Below are positions 47,950-62,016 of a DNA stretch of 64,000 nt, one piece after another. A program made the translations under genes and the position numbers. Position 1 is the first letter of the stretch. Every line of letters starts with the position of its first letter. Source of the stretch: Ignavibacteriota bacterium (GTDB lineage: Bacteria; Bacteroidota; Ignavibacteria; Palsa-1295); contig CAWBEI010000002.1 of the NCBI GenBank assembly GCA_963787835.1, forward strand, positions 1,088,001 to 1,152,000, written 5' to 3'. The notes beneath the pieces are model-generated. The model was not told where the DNA came from. It saw only the letters and a list, made by a program, of their open reading frames with translations, and made no database searches.

Positions 47950-48562
47950 GATACTCCTCCAACATTCTGACAAATTTTTTAATAACTACCGCAGGATTCT
48001 CCGCATCACTCACAGCACTTATGACAGCGATGCCGCCAAGACCGGGACAAAGAATGCTTTCTACATTTGAGGTTGAAATACCACCGATAGCGATAACGGG
48101 GATGGAAACAGCCGCGATAACCGAGCGCAATTCATAGCTCGATCGAGGTTGGGAAGCTTTTTCTTTCGACCGTGTTGGAAACATGTGCCCAAAGCCAAGA
48201 TAATTTGCCCCCTTTTGTTCGGCCTCAAGCGCTTGCTCGATATTCGATGTTGAAACACCGATGATGGCATTCGGGCCGAGCATATCCCTTGCTGCTTTGA
48301 TCGGGAGATCATCCTGACCGAGATGGACACCATCCGCGCCTGTGGCAAGTGCAATATCTGCTCGGTCATTGATAATGAAGGCTGAGCGTTTAATGATGTT
48401 GCGGAGGCTATCTGCAGTAACCAGAATTTCCCCGGTGGATTTTGATTTCTCTCGAAGTTGAATGGCGGTCGCGCCTTCTGCTTCAGCGATGCGGGCGAGT
48501 TCCAGTGTCCGATCGATTTCGGTGCCGCCAACAATAACATGAAGTCCCCGAAGCGAATTCAT
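47933..48562 (-). CDS. thiE: Thiamine phosphate synthase
   Basis: [23 protein letters not shown] and IAIGGI motifs. Confidence 0.88.
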   Translation of the reverse strand: MNSLRGLHVIVGGTEIDRTLELARIAEAEGATAIQLREKSKSTGEILVTADSLRNIIKRSAFIINDRADIALATGADGVHLGQDDLPIKAARDMLGPNAIIGVSTSNIEQALEAEQKGANYLGFGHMFPTRSKEKASQPRSSYELRSVIAAVSIPVIAIGGISTSNVESILCPGLGGIAVISAVSDAENPAVVIKKFVRMLEEYHGITT

Positions 48563-49170
48563 AACACCCCTAACACATCTTTGTACTCGGCAATACGCTC
48601 CTTGAGGTTCGGCGCGGTCAATAAGTCGCGAACAGCGGCAACGCCCCACGCACCATGCTCGATACATTGCCGCGTGCGTTCGGGTGTCATCCCACCAATC
48701 GCAAAAACGGGAATTTTTACTTGCTGAGTAACTTCCGTCAACCCATCAAGCCCACGAGCCTCTATGCCGATCTTCTGCTTCGAAGGCGTATCGAATACTG
48801 GACCAAACACTATGAAGTCTGCGCCATTATCTTCTGCGATCATCGCGCCATCCAGCGAATGAACACTAACTCCACATTGTAATTTTGGGAATGATCGATG
48901 AATTCTGCTCACGGGCCAGCTTGTCTCCGGGAGATGAATTCCACTCGCTCCTGAAGCCATTGCGATGTCAGCCCGATCATTTATAAAAAGCTTACAATTA
49001 GGCGCAGTACTACGAATATTCTTTGCAAGTTCGAACAGTGATTTTCCAGATAGATCTTTCTCGCGAAGTTGAAACGCACGCAATCCTGCGTGCGATGCTT
49101 CACTCACGAACTTCGCCAAGTCCGGAACAAGTGCGCGGTTGCTTATGACGTATAGCTTAAAATCAACCAT
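48559..49170 (-). CDS. ThiE/TenI-family protein (second paralog)
   Basis: [29 protein letters not shown] and FAIGG. HLPE instead of HLGQ is TenI-like. Confidence 0.8.
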   Translation of the reverse strand: MVDFKLYVISNRALVPDLAKFVSEASHAGLRAFQLREKDLSGKSLFELAKNIRSTAPNCKLFINDRADIAMASGASGIHLPETSWPVSRIHRSFPKLQCGVSVHSLDGAMIAEDNGADFIVFGPVFDTPSKQKIGIEARGLDGLTEVTQQVKIPVFAIGGMTPERTRQCIEHGAWGVAAVRDLLTAPNLKERIAEYKDVLGVL

Positions 49171-49942
49171 GCCCGATCATTCCTCCTATCGGGCTGGAAC
49201 GCTCAGCCATAAGCCGCTCAGGAATTCGCCCAGCGAGATAGGCTGAGCGGCCTGCTTCCACAGCCAGTTTCATTGCGCGCGCCATTTGCGCTGGATGTTC
49301 AGCGCAGGAAATGGCCGTGTTCAGTAAAATTCCATCTGCGCCGAGTTCCATTGCAAGCGCGGCGTGGGAAGCAGTTCCAATTCCTGCATCGATGAGAACA
49401 GGGATCGAAACAAGCTCGCGAATAATGGTAATGTTGGCCGGATTCCGAATCCCGCCACCGGAACCAATGGGCGCGCCGAGCGGCATCACGGCGGCACAGC
49501 CCATGTCCGCAAGTTTTCGTGCTGTTACAGGATCGTCGTTCGTGTAAGGAAGCACAGTAAATCCGAGTGCGATAAGTTGTGATGCTGCTTTTAATAATTC
49601 CACAGCATCCGGCATCAGCGTTTCATCATCACCGATGACTTCCAGCTTGATCCAGTTCGTTTCAAGCGCTTCACGAGCAAGCTCGGCGGTGAGCACGGCT
49701 TCTTTCGCGGTGTAGCAGCCGGCCGTATTCGGCAATATATGAAATGCTCCGCTCTTGAGCAATCCCAGAATGCTCTCGCTCGAATTGTCTTGCAAATTAT
49801 AGCGGCGTACCGCAACAGTTACCATCTCTGCTCCGCTCGCCGCAATGGATTCGAGCATGGTTTCCGGATTAGGATACCGTGCGGTTCCCAATATGAGCCG
49901 GGACGTAAATTCACGCCCTGCGATAGTGAAAATATCATTCAT
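49163..49942 (-). CDS. thiG: Thiazole synthase
   Basis: [30 protein letters not shown] and DAGIG motifs. Confidence 0.97.
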   Translation of the reverse strand: MNDIFTIAGREFTSRLILGTARYPNPETMLESIAASGAEMVTVAVRRYNLQDNSSESILGLLKSGAFHILPNTAGCYTAKEAVLTAELAREALETNWIKLEVIGDDETLMPDAVELLKAASQLIALGFTVLPYTNDDPVTARKLADMGCAAVMPLGAPIGSGGGIRNPANITIIRELVSIPVLIDAGIGTASHAALAMELGADGILLNTAISCAEHPAQMARAMKLAVEAGRSAYLAGRIPERLMAERSSPIGGMIGHG

Positions 49943-49989
49943 ATCCTTGTAACCTCATATAAAAATCTCATACATTCCCAAAATCCCCT

Positions 49990-50007
49990 AAATCCTGGTT
50001 CAGACAA
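49990..50007. repeat. Half-site of the 24509-24574 element
   Basis: AAATCCTGGTTCAGACAA matches the reverse complement of 24509-24525 at 16 of 17 positions. Confidence 0.6.
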
Positions 50008-50211
50008 TTATCCTCCCTGAACTGCTCTGACGATCTCGATATGATCGCCGTCGCGCAGTTCATGTTCTTGCCACTTCGATCTTGAAACCACGAGATCATT
50101 CACAGCAATGGCAATACCTTTACCATCTTCTGGAAGCACCAAAGCCTTAAGGAGATCGCCTGTAACTCGAACATCCAGGTTCTTTTTTTCTTGTCCAATA
50201 AATAGATCCAT
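50008..50211 (-). CDS. thiS: Sulfur carrier protein ThiS
   Basis: AIAVN..V....W..L..GD.IEIVRAVQGG with C-terminal GG. Confidence 0.95.
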   Translation of the reverse strand: MDLFIGQEKKNLDVRVTGDLLKALVLPEDGKGIAIAVNDLVVSRSKWQEHELRDGDHIEIVRAVQGG

Positions 50212-50219
50212 TTATCTGT

Positions 50220-51302
50220 TTATGTTTTTATTCCAAGAATTTCACGAGAGATCGTGTATGATGTTAATGGCGCCATAAGTATTCCATGCCGCCAATGACC
50301 TGTGGCATAGTAGAGATTTTCTGTTTCAGATATTCCTACAATGGCACGGTGATTCCGAGTTGCTGGACGAAAACTTGCGAGCGTCTCTTCCATTTCAAGT
50401 TCATAAATAGCTGGAACGATCTCCCACGCAAAATGAAGAAGTTCCATGATGTTTCCTGCAATGATTCGCTGGTCGAACCCAGCTTCCTCCGCAGTTGCAC
50501 CGACAAGCAGGCGGCCATCGTCCTTCGGCACAAGATACACGCGCGGAGTTCGAACTGTTTGTTTCAGTTGTACTTGCGGAGTCATTCGCAAGCCGATCAT
50601 TTGTCCTTTCACCGGTCGAACAGGGATTGCCGGAATAATACCACTAATTTTCGAGGACCACGCCCCTGCCGCGATCGTAATACTTTGTGCATCCAATTCC
50701 TCGCTCCCAAACCGAATCCCCGTCGCTTTATCGTTCTTGATGACGATCTCAGAAATTTTGCAACGCTCGTGTAGTGATCCACCACGCTTCAAAAAAGCCT
50801 CCTTCAATGCCAGACAAAGAGATCGATTATTGATCTGCGCATCTTTTTCCAACCACAATGCTGCACTGACTTTGGTGCTTAGAAGTGGTTCTTGCTCTCG
50901 TGCTTCATCTCCACTCAGGCGTTCAACGGGGATTCCCATGCGATTGCGAAAATCATACTGCCGTGTAAGTTCGCGGGCTTCATCAGCATTCGTCGCGAGA
51001 ACGAGGGTTCCACATCGATCGATAATTGGCACGAGTTCTCCTGCATCTTCGCGAAGTTCATCCAAAAATTGCGGATACAGATCGAGACTTTGCAGACCCT
51101 CTTCATAAATATCCATATCTTCGAAGCCCGCTTCCGCGCGCGGCGAAAGCATTCCCGCCGCAACCCAGGCCGCGCTCGACCGTGCTGCTTCGCCTGCTTC
51201 AAAAATTACGACGTGCCCGGCTCCCTCGCGCAAAAGCCGCCAGCCGATCGCCAGCCCCATAATGCCGCCGCCAATCACGATATGTGGTTTGGGATCGGGC
51301 AT
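50220..51302 (-). CDS. thiO: Glycine oxidase
   Basis: GGGIMG, AAGMLSP, PVKGQ, YLVP, VGAT, RP and GHWRHGILMAP motifs. Adjacent to thiS. Confidence 0.92.
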   Translation of the reverse strand: MPDPKPHIVIGGGIMGLAIGWRLLREGAGHVVIFEAGEAARSSAAWVAAGMLSPRAEAGFEDMDIYEEGLQSLDLYPQFLDELREDAGELVPIIDRCGTLVLATNADEARELTRQYDFRNRMGIPVERLSGDEAREQEPLLSTKVSAALWLEKDAQINNRSLCLALKEAFLKRGGSLHERCKISEIVIKNDKATGIRFGSEELDAQSITIAAGAWSSKISGIIPAIPVRPVKGQMIGLRMTPQVQLKQTVRTPRVYLVPKDDGRLLVGATAEEAGFDQRIIAGNIMELLHFAWEIVPAIYELEMEETLASFRPATRNHRAIVGISETENLYYATGHWRHGILMAPLTSYTISREILGIKT

Positions 51303-51384
51303 TATCGTACTCCGGTTTTTGCGACAAAAATGTTTGTTCTTTCGTTTAGCATCATCCGAAATTTATCGCTTGAAAATTGTCGTC

Positions 51385-51822
51385 ATGAAATCGTTATTAT
51401 ATTCCGTCGTCGTGGTTACATTGTTCCTTGCGCTTTCTTCGTGTGGGAAGGTGAGCGGGAAGTTTAATGAAGCATCCGTTGCCGGTGGCAGCTCTGCGTC
51501 CGCGAATCTCACGATCGATATGAGTGCCGATCATATTGCTGCCGGCAAAGCCGAGTACATCGAAACCTGCGCGCCCTGCCATGGCACAACCGGCAAAGGC
51601 GATGGGCCTGCCTCCGTTGCTATGAATCCGAAGCCACGAGATCATACGAACGGCGCTTACATGGATAAGCTTTCGAATCTGCATATCTACACGGTCATCA
51701 AACAGGGCGGTGCCCAATTCGGATACCCCGGAATGCCGGCGCAGCCGCAGCTGTCTGACCAAAAGGTGAAGGATGTGATCGCATTCGTTCGCACGCTCAG
51801 TTCGAATTATCATCAGCGGTGA
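51385..51822 (+). CDS. Lipoprotein monoheme cytochrome c
   Basis: Lipobox LSSC, CAPCH heme motif, GKGDGP, distal MPA. Confidence 0.9.
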   Translation: MKSLLYSVVVVTLFLALSSCGKVSGKFNEASVAGGSSASANLTIDMSADHIAAGKAEYIETCAPCHGTTGKGDGPASVAMNPKPRDHTNGAYMDKLSNLHIYTVIKQGGAQFGYPGMPAQPQLSDQKVKDVIAFVRTLSSNYHQR

Positions 51823-51833
51823 TCTTAAATTCC

Positions 51834-52604
51834 TCATGTTATTACTCGCTTGTAAAGCGAGGCTCCGATCGTTACCAGTATGAGCGAGGAGATCAGAAGC
51901 ACCAGGAAGTCAGTTCCGAGTCCAAATTGTCCAATCTGACCTGTCATCATCTCACGGAGTGCATCGATCATATACGTTAGAGGATTTGCGCGCGAAAGCG
52001 CTTGCAGCCAACCGGGCATGAGCGCGATCGGATAAATCGCATTGCTTGCAAAAAAGAGTGGCATGGTCATGAGTTGGCCGATGCCCATAAATCGCTCCCG
52101 CGTTTTTACTAAACACGCGATGATAAGCGAGAACGTAGAAAAGAAGATCGCACCAAGGATGACCATCGCAAGCACGCCAAGTAATGCGAGCGGTTCCCAT
52201 ACAATGTGTACACCAAGTAAAAGCGCAAGGATATACACAATGATCGCGAGAGGAATACAGCGTACGCCTGCCGATAACGATTTCCCAAGCACCAGTGCCG
52301 CACGCGGAGTTGGCGTAGCAAGAAATTTATGTGTCAGGCCAAGATCGCGTTCCCAAATGATCGCGATGCCGTAAAAAATGGAGACAAAAAGCGTGCTTTG
52401 TGCGAGAATTCCCGGCGCCATGAAATCGAGATAGTTCACATTGCCTGTGATTCTCATGCGCGCGAAGACCTGGCCGAATACCAACAGCCACAGCGCGGGC
52501 TGAACGGAGCGCGTAAAAATTTCGGTCGGGTCTCGGAAGATCTTGATGATCTCGAACTCCGCGATGACCCAGGTCTTTTGAAAAAACGAGAATATGGTCT
52601 TCAT
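51834..52604 (-). CDS. ABC-2 type exporter permease (DrrB-like)
   Basis: Six TM segments. YLDFMAPG, ERDLG, FASNAIYP and NPLTY..DALR motifs. Confidence 0.92.
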   Translation of the reverse strand: MKTIFSFFQKTWVIAEFEIIKIFRDPTEIFTRSVQPALWLLVFGQVFARMRITGNVNYLDFMAPGILAQSTLFVSIFYGIAIIWERDLGLTHKFLATPTPRAALVLGKSLSAGVRCIPLAIIVYILALLLGVHIVWEPLALLGVLAMVILGAIFFSTFSLIIACLVKTRERFMGIGQLMTMPLFFASNAIYPIALMPGWLQALSRANPLTYMIDALREMMTGQIGQFGLGTDFLVLLISSLILVTIGASLYKRVIT

Positions 52605-52620
52605 TACAAATTATAGTGCT

Positions 52621-56197
<3,577 letters not shown>

Positions 56198-56199
56198 TC

Positions 56200-56295
56200 C
56201 GCTTTCCCCACGCTGGCATTATCCAGATCGGGTCCCTGGGGTATTTCTCAGCCTGCCCGGACGAACCATCCCTGCAAAGCACCCCCATCGGAAGT
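56200..56295 (-). promoter_or_regulatory. TPP (THI-box) riboswitch
   Basis: Minus strand reads GGGGTGC...GGCTGAGAAATACCC...GACCCGATCTGGATAATGCCAGCGTGGGGAA, immediately upstream of thiD. Confidence 0.95.
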
Positions 56296-56458
56296 GAGTA
56301 ACCATTAAACGGTGTATAGGAGAGGAAGAATTCCAGATAGCAAATTGTCGAAACGGAAATCAATCGGCTGATTGCGAAGTTCATCATACATGCGAGGTCG
56401 AGCTTCGACACACATTACTCCCTGGTCACACCCCCTAACACTACTTCAAGGAATACCC

Positions 56459-56704
56459 ATGATCGGAATGAAAGCGGAGAAATACTTGCTCCAGATCGAG
56501 GCCGGTGGCACGGTTTCTGTAAAGGTAAGGTATGGTTTTGGTGCGGCGGGCGAAGAAGTTCAAAGGCTTCTCGATCTGCTCAACCCCGAGCGAATCCGCG
56601 TAAAGATAGATGGGCAGCAACGCGAAGTAGAATTTCTCCCAGGCAAGCAATTCCGCCTGGCAGACATTAAGCAGAAGATCAAATCACTTTCATTCAACAG
56701 TTAA
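56459..56704 (+). CDS. Hypothetical protein
   Basis: 81-aa ORF after an AAGGA RBS, abutting the next gene. Confidence 0.5.
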   Translation: MIGMKAEKYLLQIEAGGTVSVKVRYGFGAAGEEVQRLLDLLNPERIRVKIDGQQREVEFLPGKQFRLADIKQKIKSLSFNS

Positions 56705-57067
56705 ATGGCACTATTCTCACGACCGATCTTTCTGATACTGGCCATTCTCCTTTGCATCGGATGTTCGGACTCCGTATCCTCAACAAATTATCCACTTCAG
56801 TTGACCGTTGTTTCCGATACGATCGTCAATAATTCGGCGCTCTTTAATTTTCGTGTCACGAAAAACGGCGCGCCGGTCAAAAATGCTCGGTTGCAACGGA
56901 CCGATTCTCCTATTCTAACGACATTCGATCTGGGTATCACATCGGACTCTGCTGGAAATTTCCCTCGTGTGATCGTTGTAATCCCACTGACGCAGGATAC
57001 CATGACCGCCGTCGCCTATCAGGCGGTAAGCGATACTCTTCTTAGTAATTATTTTCGATGGCCGTAA
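56705..57067 (+). CDS. Hypothetical lipoprotein (Ig-like)
   Basis: Lipobox-like LCIGC followed by beta-rich sequence. Confidence 0.65.
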   Translation: MALFSRPIFLILAILLCIGCSDSVSSTNYPLQLTVVSDTIVNNSALFNFRVTKNGAPVKNARLQRTDSPILTTFDLGITSDSAGNFPRVIVVIPLTQDTMTAVAYQAVSDTLLSNYFRWP

Positions 57068-57079
57068 CCGCCGGGAGCG

Positions 57080-58453
57080 TTAGGCGCACCAGTGGCGGAT
57101 AGCATCTCGAACCAGTTCTGGATTTGTACTTCCAGCAGATTTTTTTTCATGCAGGCTTCGGCGGGGATCGAGATACTCGATAATATCACGATCGAAGTTC
57201 GGTGAGAACGACTGGAATTCCTCGAGAGAAAGTTGATCGAGATCTTTGCGTTGCTCTTCGGCGTACGAGACGATCCTTCCCGAAATATGGTGCGCTTCTC
57301 GGAACGGAACCCCTTTTGATCGGACCAAATAATCAGCGATCTCCGTTGCCATTAACTCACCGCTTGCGGCGGACTCCATTCGCTCGGCATTAAAGCTCGT
57401 TTCACGAACAACGAACGCCATCATTTCAAGGCTGTCGCCCGTCGTTTCGATCGCATCGAACATGGGCTGTTTATCTTCCTGCATGTCACGATTATAAGCC
57501 AGCGGCAAGCCTTTCATCGTCGTCAACACATTGATAAGCGCGCCATACACACGCCCCACTTTGCCACGTATCAACTCCGCCATATCGGGATTCTTTTTTT
57601 GCGGCATGATGCTGGAACCCGTCGTTACAGCGTCCGACATAGTGACAAATCCAAACTCCCTCGTGGACCAGATCACGAGTTCTTCCGACATACGAGATAG
57701 GTGCATCATAATGATCGAGCATGTGGCTGCAAGTTCGATCAGATAGTCGCGGTCGCTTACGGCATCGATACTATTGTTGAGGATGCCGGTGAAGCCGAGT
57801 TCCCGTGCCGTCATTGCTCGGTCGATGGGATAGGATGTGCCGGCAAACGCTGCGGCACCAAGCGGTGAGCGATCTACGCGGCTTAGTACGCCTGCCAGCC
57901 GTTCTCTGTCGCGAGCGAACATCTCTACATACGCAAGCAAATGATGCGATAGCAGCACAGGTTGAGCGCGCTGCATGTGGGTGTAGCCAGGCATGATCGC
58001 ATCAATATATGCCTCGGCTTTCTCCAGAAGCTCAGAGATTAGAGATGAGACTTTCTCCGAGAGATCCGGAATTGCCTGCTTCAAATACAGCCGTTCATCA
58101 ACAGCAACCTGATCGTTTCTGCTTCGGCCGGTATGCAATTTGCCGCCAACAGCTCCTATCTTTTCCGTCAATCGTTTTTCGATCGCGAGATGAACATCCT
58201 CCATCGAGTCATCGAATTGGAATGCGCCGGATTCGACCTCACCAGCAACATCTTCGAGACCAGCAATGATGACCCTTGCTTCATCTCTGGTAATGATTCC
58301 GCACACACCAAGCATTCGCGCATGAGCAATGGAGCCGCGAATATCTTCGCGCCACAATTTACCATCGACGGCAATGCTGGACGAGAAGCGATGGGCGATC
58401 TCGGAAATAGCTTCCTGAAATCGCCCACCCCAAAGCGCAGGTTGGTTAGACAT
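57080..58453 (-). CDS. argH: Argininosuccinate lyase
   Basis: LWGGRF, HTGRSRNDQ, PGYTH and GSSIMPQKKNPD motifs. Confidence 0.98.
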   Translation of the reverse strand: MSNQPALWGGRFQEAISEIAHRFSSSIAVDGKLWREDIRGSIAHARMLGVCGIITRDEARVIIAGLEDVAGEVESGAFQFDDSMEDVHLAIEKRLTEKIGAVGGKLHTGRSRNDQVAVDERLYLKQAIPDLSEKVSSLISELLEKAEAYIDAIMPGYTHMQRAQPVLLSHHLLAYVEMFARDRERLAGVLSRVDRSPLGAAAFAGTSYPIDRAMTARELGFTGILNNSIDAVSDRDYLIELAATCSIIMMHLSRMSEELVIWSTREFGFVTMSDAVTTGSSIMPQKKNPDMAELIRGKVGRVYGALINVLTTMKGLPLAYNRDMQEDKQPMFDAIETTGDSLEMMAFVVRETSFNAERMESAASGELMATEIADYLVRSKGVPFREAHHISGRIVSYAEEQRKDLDQLSLEEFQSFSPNFDRDIIEYLDPRRSLHEKKSAGSTNPELVRDAIRHWCA

Positions 58454-59703
58454 TATACTGCTTCTTGCTCGCGTTCTGCGAATTCTGCGGAGCGTGCAAG
58501 TGTACGAAGCGGGAGCGAGAATATTTTCGAAAATCCTTCGCCGGCAGAATGATCGAACGTATCTTCAGCAGTGTACGATGCAAGCGCCTTATCATACAAT
58601 GAAAATGGAGAGGTGCGCGAAAGAATGCGAAGATTACCCTTGTACATCTCGACGGTAACGTTGCCGCTTACACGAGTTTGCGTTTCATCCACAAAGGCAT
58701 CGAGCGCTTTACGCAACGGCGAGAACCAAAGTCCGTTATAGACGATGTCCGCATAATCCTGCGCGATCTTTGCTTTCGCGTGAGCTGTCCACTTATCGAG
58801 CGTAATGCGTTCGAGTTCGGTATGCGCGAAATGCAGGAGCGTTGCTCCAGGTGCTTCGTATATCTCACGGGATTTAATTCCGACAAGCCGGTTCTCGATC
58901 ATATCCAATCGGCCAATGCCATGGGTGCCTGCAAGATGATTAAGCATTCGAATGAGATCAACGGCGCCGATCTTCTCATCATTCAGCGCCACGGGAATAC
59001 CATTTTCAAACGTAATAGCGATGGATTCTGGCTTATCTGGCGCAGCAGTCGGAGAAACAGTGCGCTGGTACGCATCCTCCGGAGGGGCGACGGTGGGATC
59101 TTCGAGCACACCGCACTCGATGCTGGTTCCCCAAAGATTCTCGTCAATCGAATAAGGATTCGCTTTCGTCGCAGAAACAGGAATTCCGCGCTCGGCACAA
59201 TAGGCAATTTCATCCTCGCGCGATTTGAATGGCCAATGTCGAACCGGCGCGATCACGCGAAGATCGGGAGCTAATGCCCACACACCTGCGTCGAAACGAA
59301 CCTGATCGTTACCTTTTCCAGTGCATCCATGCGCGACGACAGTGCATTCTTCCTTGCGCGCGATCTCGACAAGCGTTTTTGCGAGCAGAGGACGACCCAG
59401 CGCTGTTGCCAGCGGATACACGCCTTCATAGAGTGCTCCGGCTTTCAATGCGCGAAAAACAAAATCTTCCGCGAACTGTTTTCTGAGATCGACATGATGC
59501 GCCGCTTTTGCGCCAAGCTGATATGCTTTTTCCGTAATTCCATTTAATTCCTTCTCTTGACCGAGATCGCCGGAAACCGTGACAATCTCTGTGCCAAATT
59601 CTTCCTGAAGCCAGGAAGCGATCACGGAGGTATCGAGCCCTCCGGAAAACGCCAGCGCAATACGTGCGCCTTCAAGCCCACCAAGTCCATTTACATTGTG
59701 CAT
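58453..59703 (-). CDS. argG: Argininosuccinate synthase
   Basis: [30 protein letters not shown] and [14 protein letters not shown] motifs. Confidence 0.98.
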   Translation of the reverse strand: MHNVNGLGGLEGARIALAFSGGLDTSVIASWLQEEFGTEIVTVSGDLGQEKELNGITEKAYQLGAKAAHHVDLRKQFAEDFVFRALKAGALYEGVYPLATALGRPLLAKTLVEIARKEECTVVAHGCTGKGNDQVRFDAGVWALAPDLRVIAPVRHWPFKSREDEIAYCAERGIPVSATKANPYSIDENLWGTSIECGVLEDPTVAPPEDAYQRTVSPTAAPDKPESIAITFENGIPVALNDEKIGAVDLIRMLNHLAGTHGIGRLDMIENRLVGIKSREIYEAPGATLLHFAHTELERITLDKWTAHAKAKIAQDYADIVYNGLWFSPLRKALDAFVDETQTRVSGNVTVEMYKGNLRILSRTSPFSLYDKALASYTAEDTFDHSAGEGFSKIFSLPLRTLARSAEFAEREQEAV

Positions 59704-59705
59704 TG

Positions 59706-60152
59706 TTATTCTCCTGTAATAAATCCTGTTAGTTCTTTTACGAGTCGATTAAGATCCTTGACCGCGCGAGGCGCGACGAAAATGGTGTTATCCCCGGCAA
59801 GAGTGCCGAGCACAAAGGGGGAATCCAGCGAGTCGATAAGTTCCGCCACGCCCTGCGCCCGTCCCGCAAGGGTTTTCACGACGATCATTGCTTCGTTCCG
59901 GTGAATGCCGCGCACTTCGTAACTAAGCAGCGAGCGAACCCGCTGATCCTCGCTTACATCGGTGATGGCATAGCGCGGACCATCCGGCGACGTGATGCGG
60001 GCAATGCCCATCTCGGTCAGATCGCGAGAAAGCGTTGCTTGGTTTACATCGACGCCCGCTTTTTTCAGGAACCGCTGTAGTTCCTCGTGTGATCCAACTT
60101 GCTGTTTTGTTACGATCTCACGAATGGTATATTGTCTCTTTTTCTTGGTCAT
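59706..60152 (-). CDS. argR: Arginine repressor
   Basis: [16 protein letters not shown] and [11 protein letters not shown] motifs. Start at MTKKKRQ. Confidence 0.95.
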   Translation of the reverse strand: MTKKKRQYTIREIVTKQQVGSHEELQRFLKKAGVDVNQATLSRDLTEMGIARITSPDGPRYAITDVSEDQRVRSLLSYEVRGIHRNEAMIVVKTLAGRAQGVAELIDSLDSPFVLGTLAGDNTIFVAPRAVKDLNRLVKELTGFITGE

Positions 60153-62016
60153 AGCTGTGTTGGACAGCATTAATGCTGTCAAAATCTCTTGTCGCACGGA
60201 TGCCTTCGCCGCCATTGGCAAGCAGTGTTGTTAAGATCGCTTTCTGCACATGCAATCTATTCTCCGCCTGATCGAATACGACGGAATGTTTGGAGTCCAG
60301 TGCATCGCTGGTAATTTCTTCGCCGCGATGTGCCGGAAGGCAATGCATGATGAGCGAGTTCGGATGTGCAAGTTCCACAAGCCTGCTATTCACCTGATAC
60401 GGCTTGAACGCTTTCATGCGTGCTTCTTGCTCGGACTCCTGCCCCATGCTGGTCCAGACATCGGTATAGATCACATCAGCGCTATCGGCTGCGATACGCG
60501 GGTCATCCAAAATTTCGATGGTGCTAATTCCAGTTCCGGTTGCATACGCAAGGATCTCCGGATCGGGATGATACCCCATCGGCGCGGCAATTGCAAGGTG
60601 CATCGGATAGATCGCCGCCATTTCGAGCCACGAATGTGCAACGTTATTACCATCGCCAACGAACGCGATCTTCAGCCCTGGCGTAAGTTTGCCATGCTGA
60701 CGAATTGTGTACATATCCGCCAGAATTTGGCAGGGATGCGAACGATCCGTAAGCGCATTGATGACGGGAACCGTGGAATACTCTGCCAGTTGGAGCAGAA
60801 GATTATGATCGAACAATCGCGCAACGATGCAATTTGAATATGAAGATAGTACGCGAGAAACATCCTCGACCGATTCACGCTCACCGATACCAACCCCTTC
60901 GTTCGAAAGATAAAGGGAAGTTCCCCCAAGTTGCGAAACGCCAACCTCGAAAGAAACGCGCGTTCGGAGTGACGGCTTCTGAAACAACAGTGTTACATGC
61001 TTGCCTGTGAGTGGCTTTGCATCGGTGTTCTTCAATACATCGGTCAGATGCATCAGATCTTCGACGTCTTGCTTTGTCATGACGGTAAGATCGAGCAGAT
61101 CGTGCTTGAGTTTCTCTTCTTTGGAACGCACAGGGCTAATGGTTGCAGGATTGCCGAAAACTTTTTCTTCGCGAATGATCTGCGTCCCAACACCTTCATG
61201 CGTGAAAATTTCGAGCAGGAGCGAATGCCTTGCGGCGCCATTGATCAAGTGAACTTTCTTCACGCCATTCGCGAGGGCATCGAACGATGCATTCACTTTT
61301 GGTATCATCCCGCCGCTGATGATGCCCAGTTTCATCAATTGCTGTGCGCGTGTGTTGGTGAGCGTGGGCACCAGTTCGCCATCGACAAGCACACCTTCGG
61401 TATCTGTAAGGAAAAATAGTTTTTCGGCACCGAGGGCCTGAGCGATCGCACTTGCGGCAATATCGCCATTGATATTGTAGATATCCCCGTTCTCCGCTAC
61501 GCCAACCGGCGCAATGACCGGCATGACACCGGAGGCGACCAGCTTATTCAACCAATCGGCATTTACTTTTTCGACTTGACCGACCAGGCCAAGATCATGC
61601 CCCTTCGGTGCGTATTTCGTGGCTGTGATAAGGTTGTTATCGATGCCGCTAATGCCAATGGCGCTGCCACCCGCACGATTGATGAGCGCAACGACCTCTT
61701 TATTCACACTGCCGGCAAGGGTCATAACGACGGTCTTCAACGTCGCTTCATCGGTGTAGCGCTGGCCACCGACAAAACGAGTTTCCATCCCGAGCTTCGA
61801 GGACAGTTCCGTTACTTCGTTCCCGCCGCCGTGAACGATCACGACGTTAATGCCGATCTTTTTCAGCAGGGTAACGTCCTTCGCGAAGGATTCTTTCAGC
61901 GCATCCTCGATCATGGCGGCACCGCCGTATTTAATGACGAACGTCGTGCCTTCGTACCGCTGAATATAGGGCAGCGCGCTTGTTAAAATTTCTTCTTTTG
62001 TAAGTGTCGTCGTCAT
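60118..62016 (-). CDS. argB-argF: Fused acetylglutamate kinase (ArgB) and ornithine carbamoyltransferase (ArgF)
   Basis: N-terminal half VIKYGG, VHGGG, NINGD, GGMIPK, LLLEIFT..G.GT. C-terminal half KPSLRTR, HPCQ, GDGNN, DVWTSMGQE, HCLP, QAENR. One continuous ORF. Confidence 0.93.
   Translation of the reverse strand: MTTTLTKEEILTSALPYIQRYEGTTFVIKYGGAAMIEDALKESFAKDVTLLKKIGINVVIVHGGGNEVTELSSKLGMETRFVGGQRYTDEATLKTVVMTLAGSVNKEVVALINRAGGSAIGISGIDNNLITATKYAPKGHDLGLVGQVEKVNADWLNKLVASGVMPVIAPVGVAENGDIYNINGDIAASAIAQALGAEKLFFLTDTEGVLVDGELVPTLTNTRAQQLMKLGIISGGMIPKVNASFDALANGVKKVHLINGAARHSLLLEIFTHEGVGTQIIREEKVFGNPATISPVRSKEEKLKHDLLDLTVMTKQDVEDLMHLTDVLKNTDAKPLTGKHVTLLFQKPSLRTRVSFEVGVSQLGGTSLYLSNEGVGIGERESVEDVSRVLSSYSNCIVARLFDHNLLLQLAEYSTVPVINALTDRSHPCQILADMYTIRQHGKLTPGLKIAFVGDGNNVAHSWLEMAAIYPMHLAIAAPMGYHPDPEILAYATGTGISTIEILDDPRIAADSADVIYTDVWTSMGQESEQEARMKAFKPYQVNSRLVELAHPNSLIMHCLPAHRGEEITSDALDSKHSVVFDQAENRLHVQKAILTTLLANGGEGIRATRDFDSINAVQHSYDQEKETIYHS

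Noticed and set aside
60900-61000. SLRT motif suggesting an N-acetyl- or N-succinyl-ornithine transcarbamylase
   Set aside because: The SMG and HCLPAHRGEE motifs of true OTCase are present, and argJ in the operon yields ornithine.
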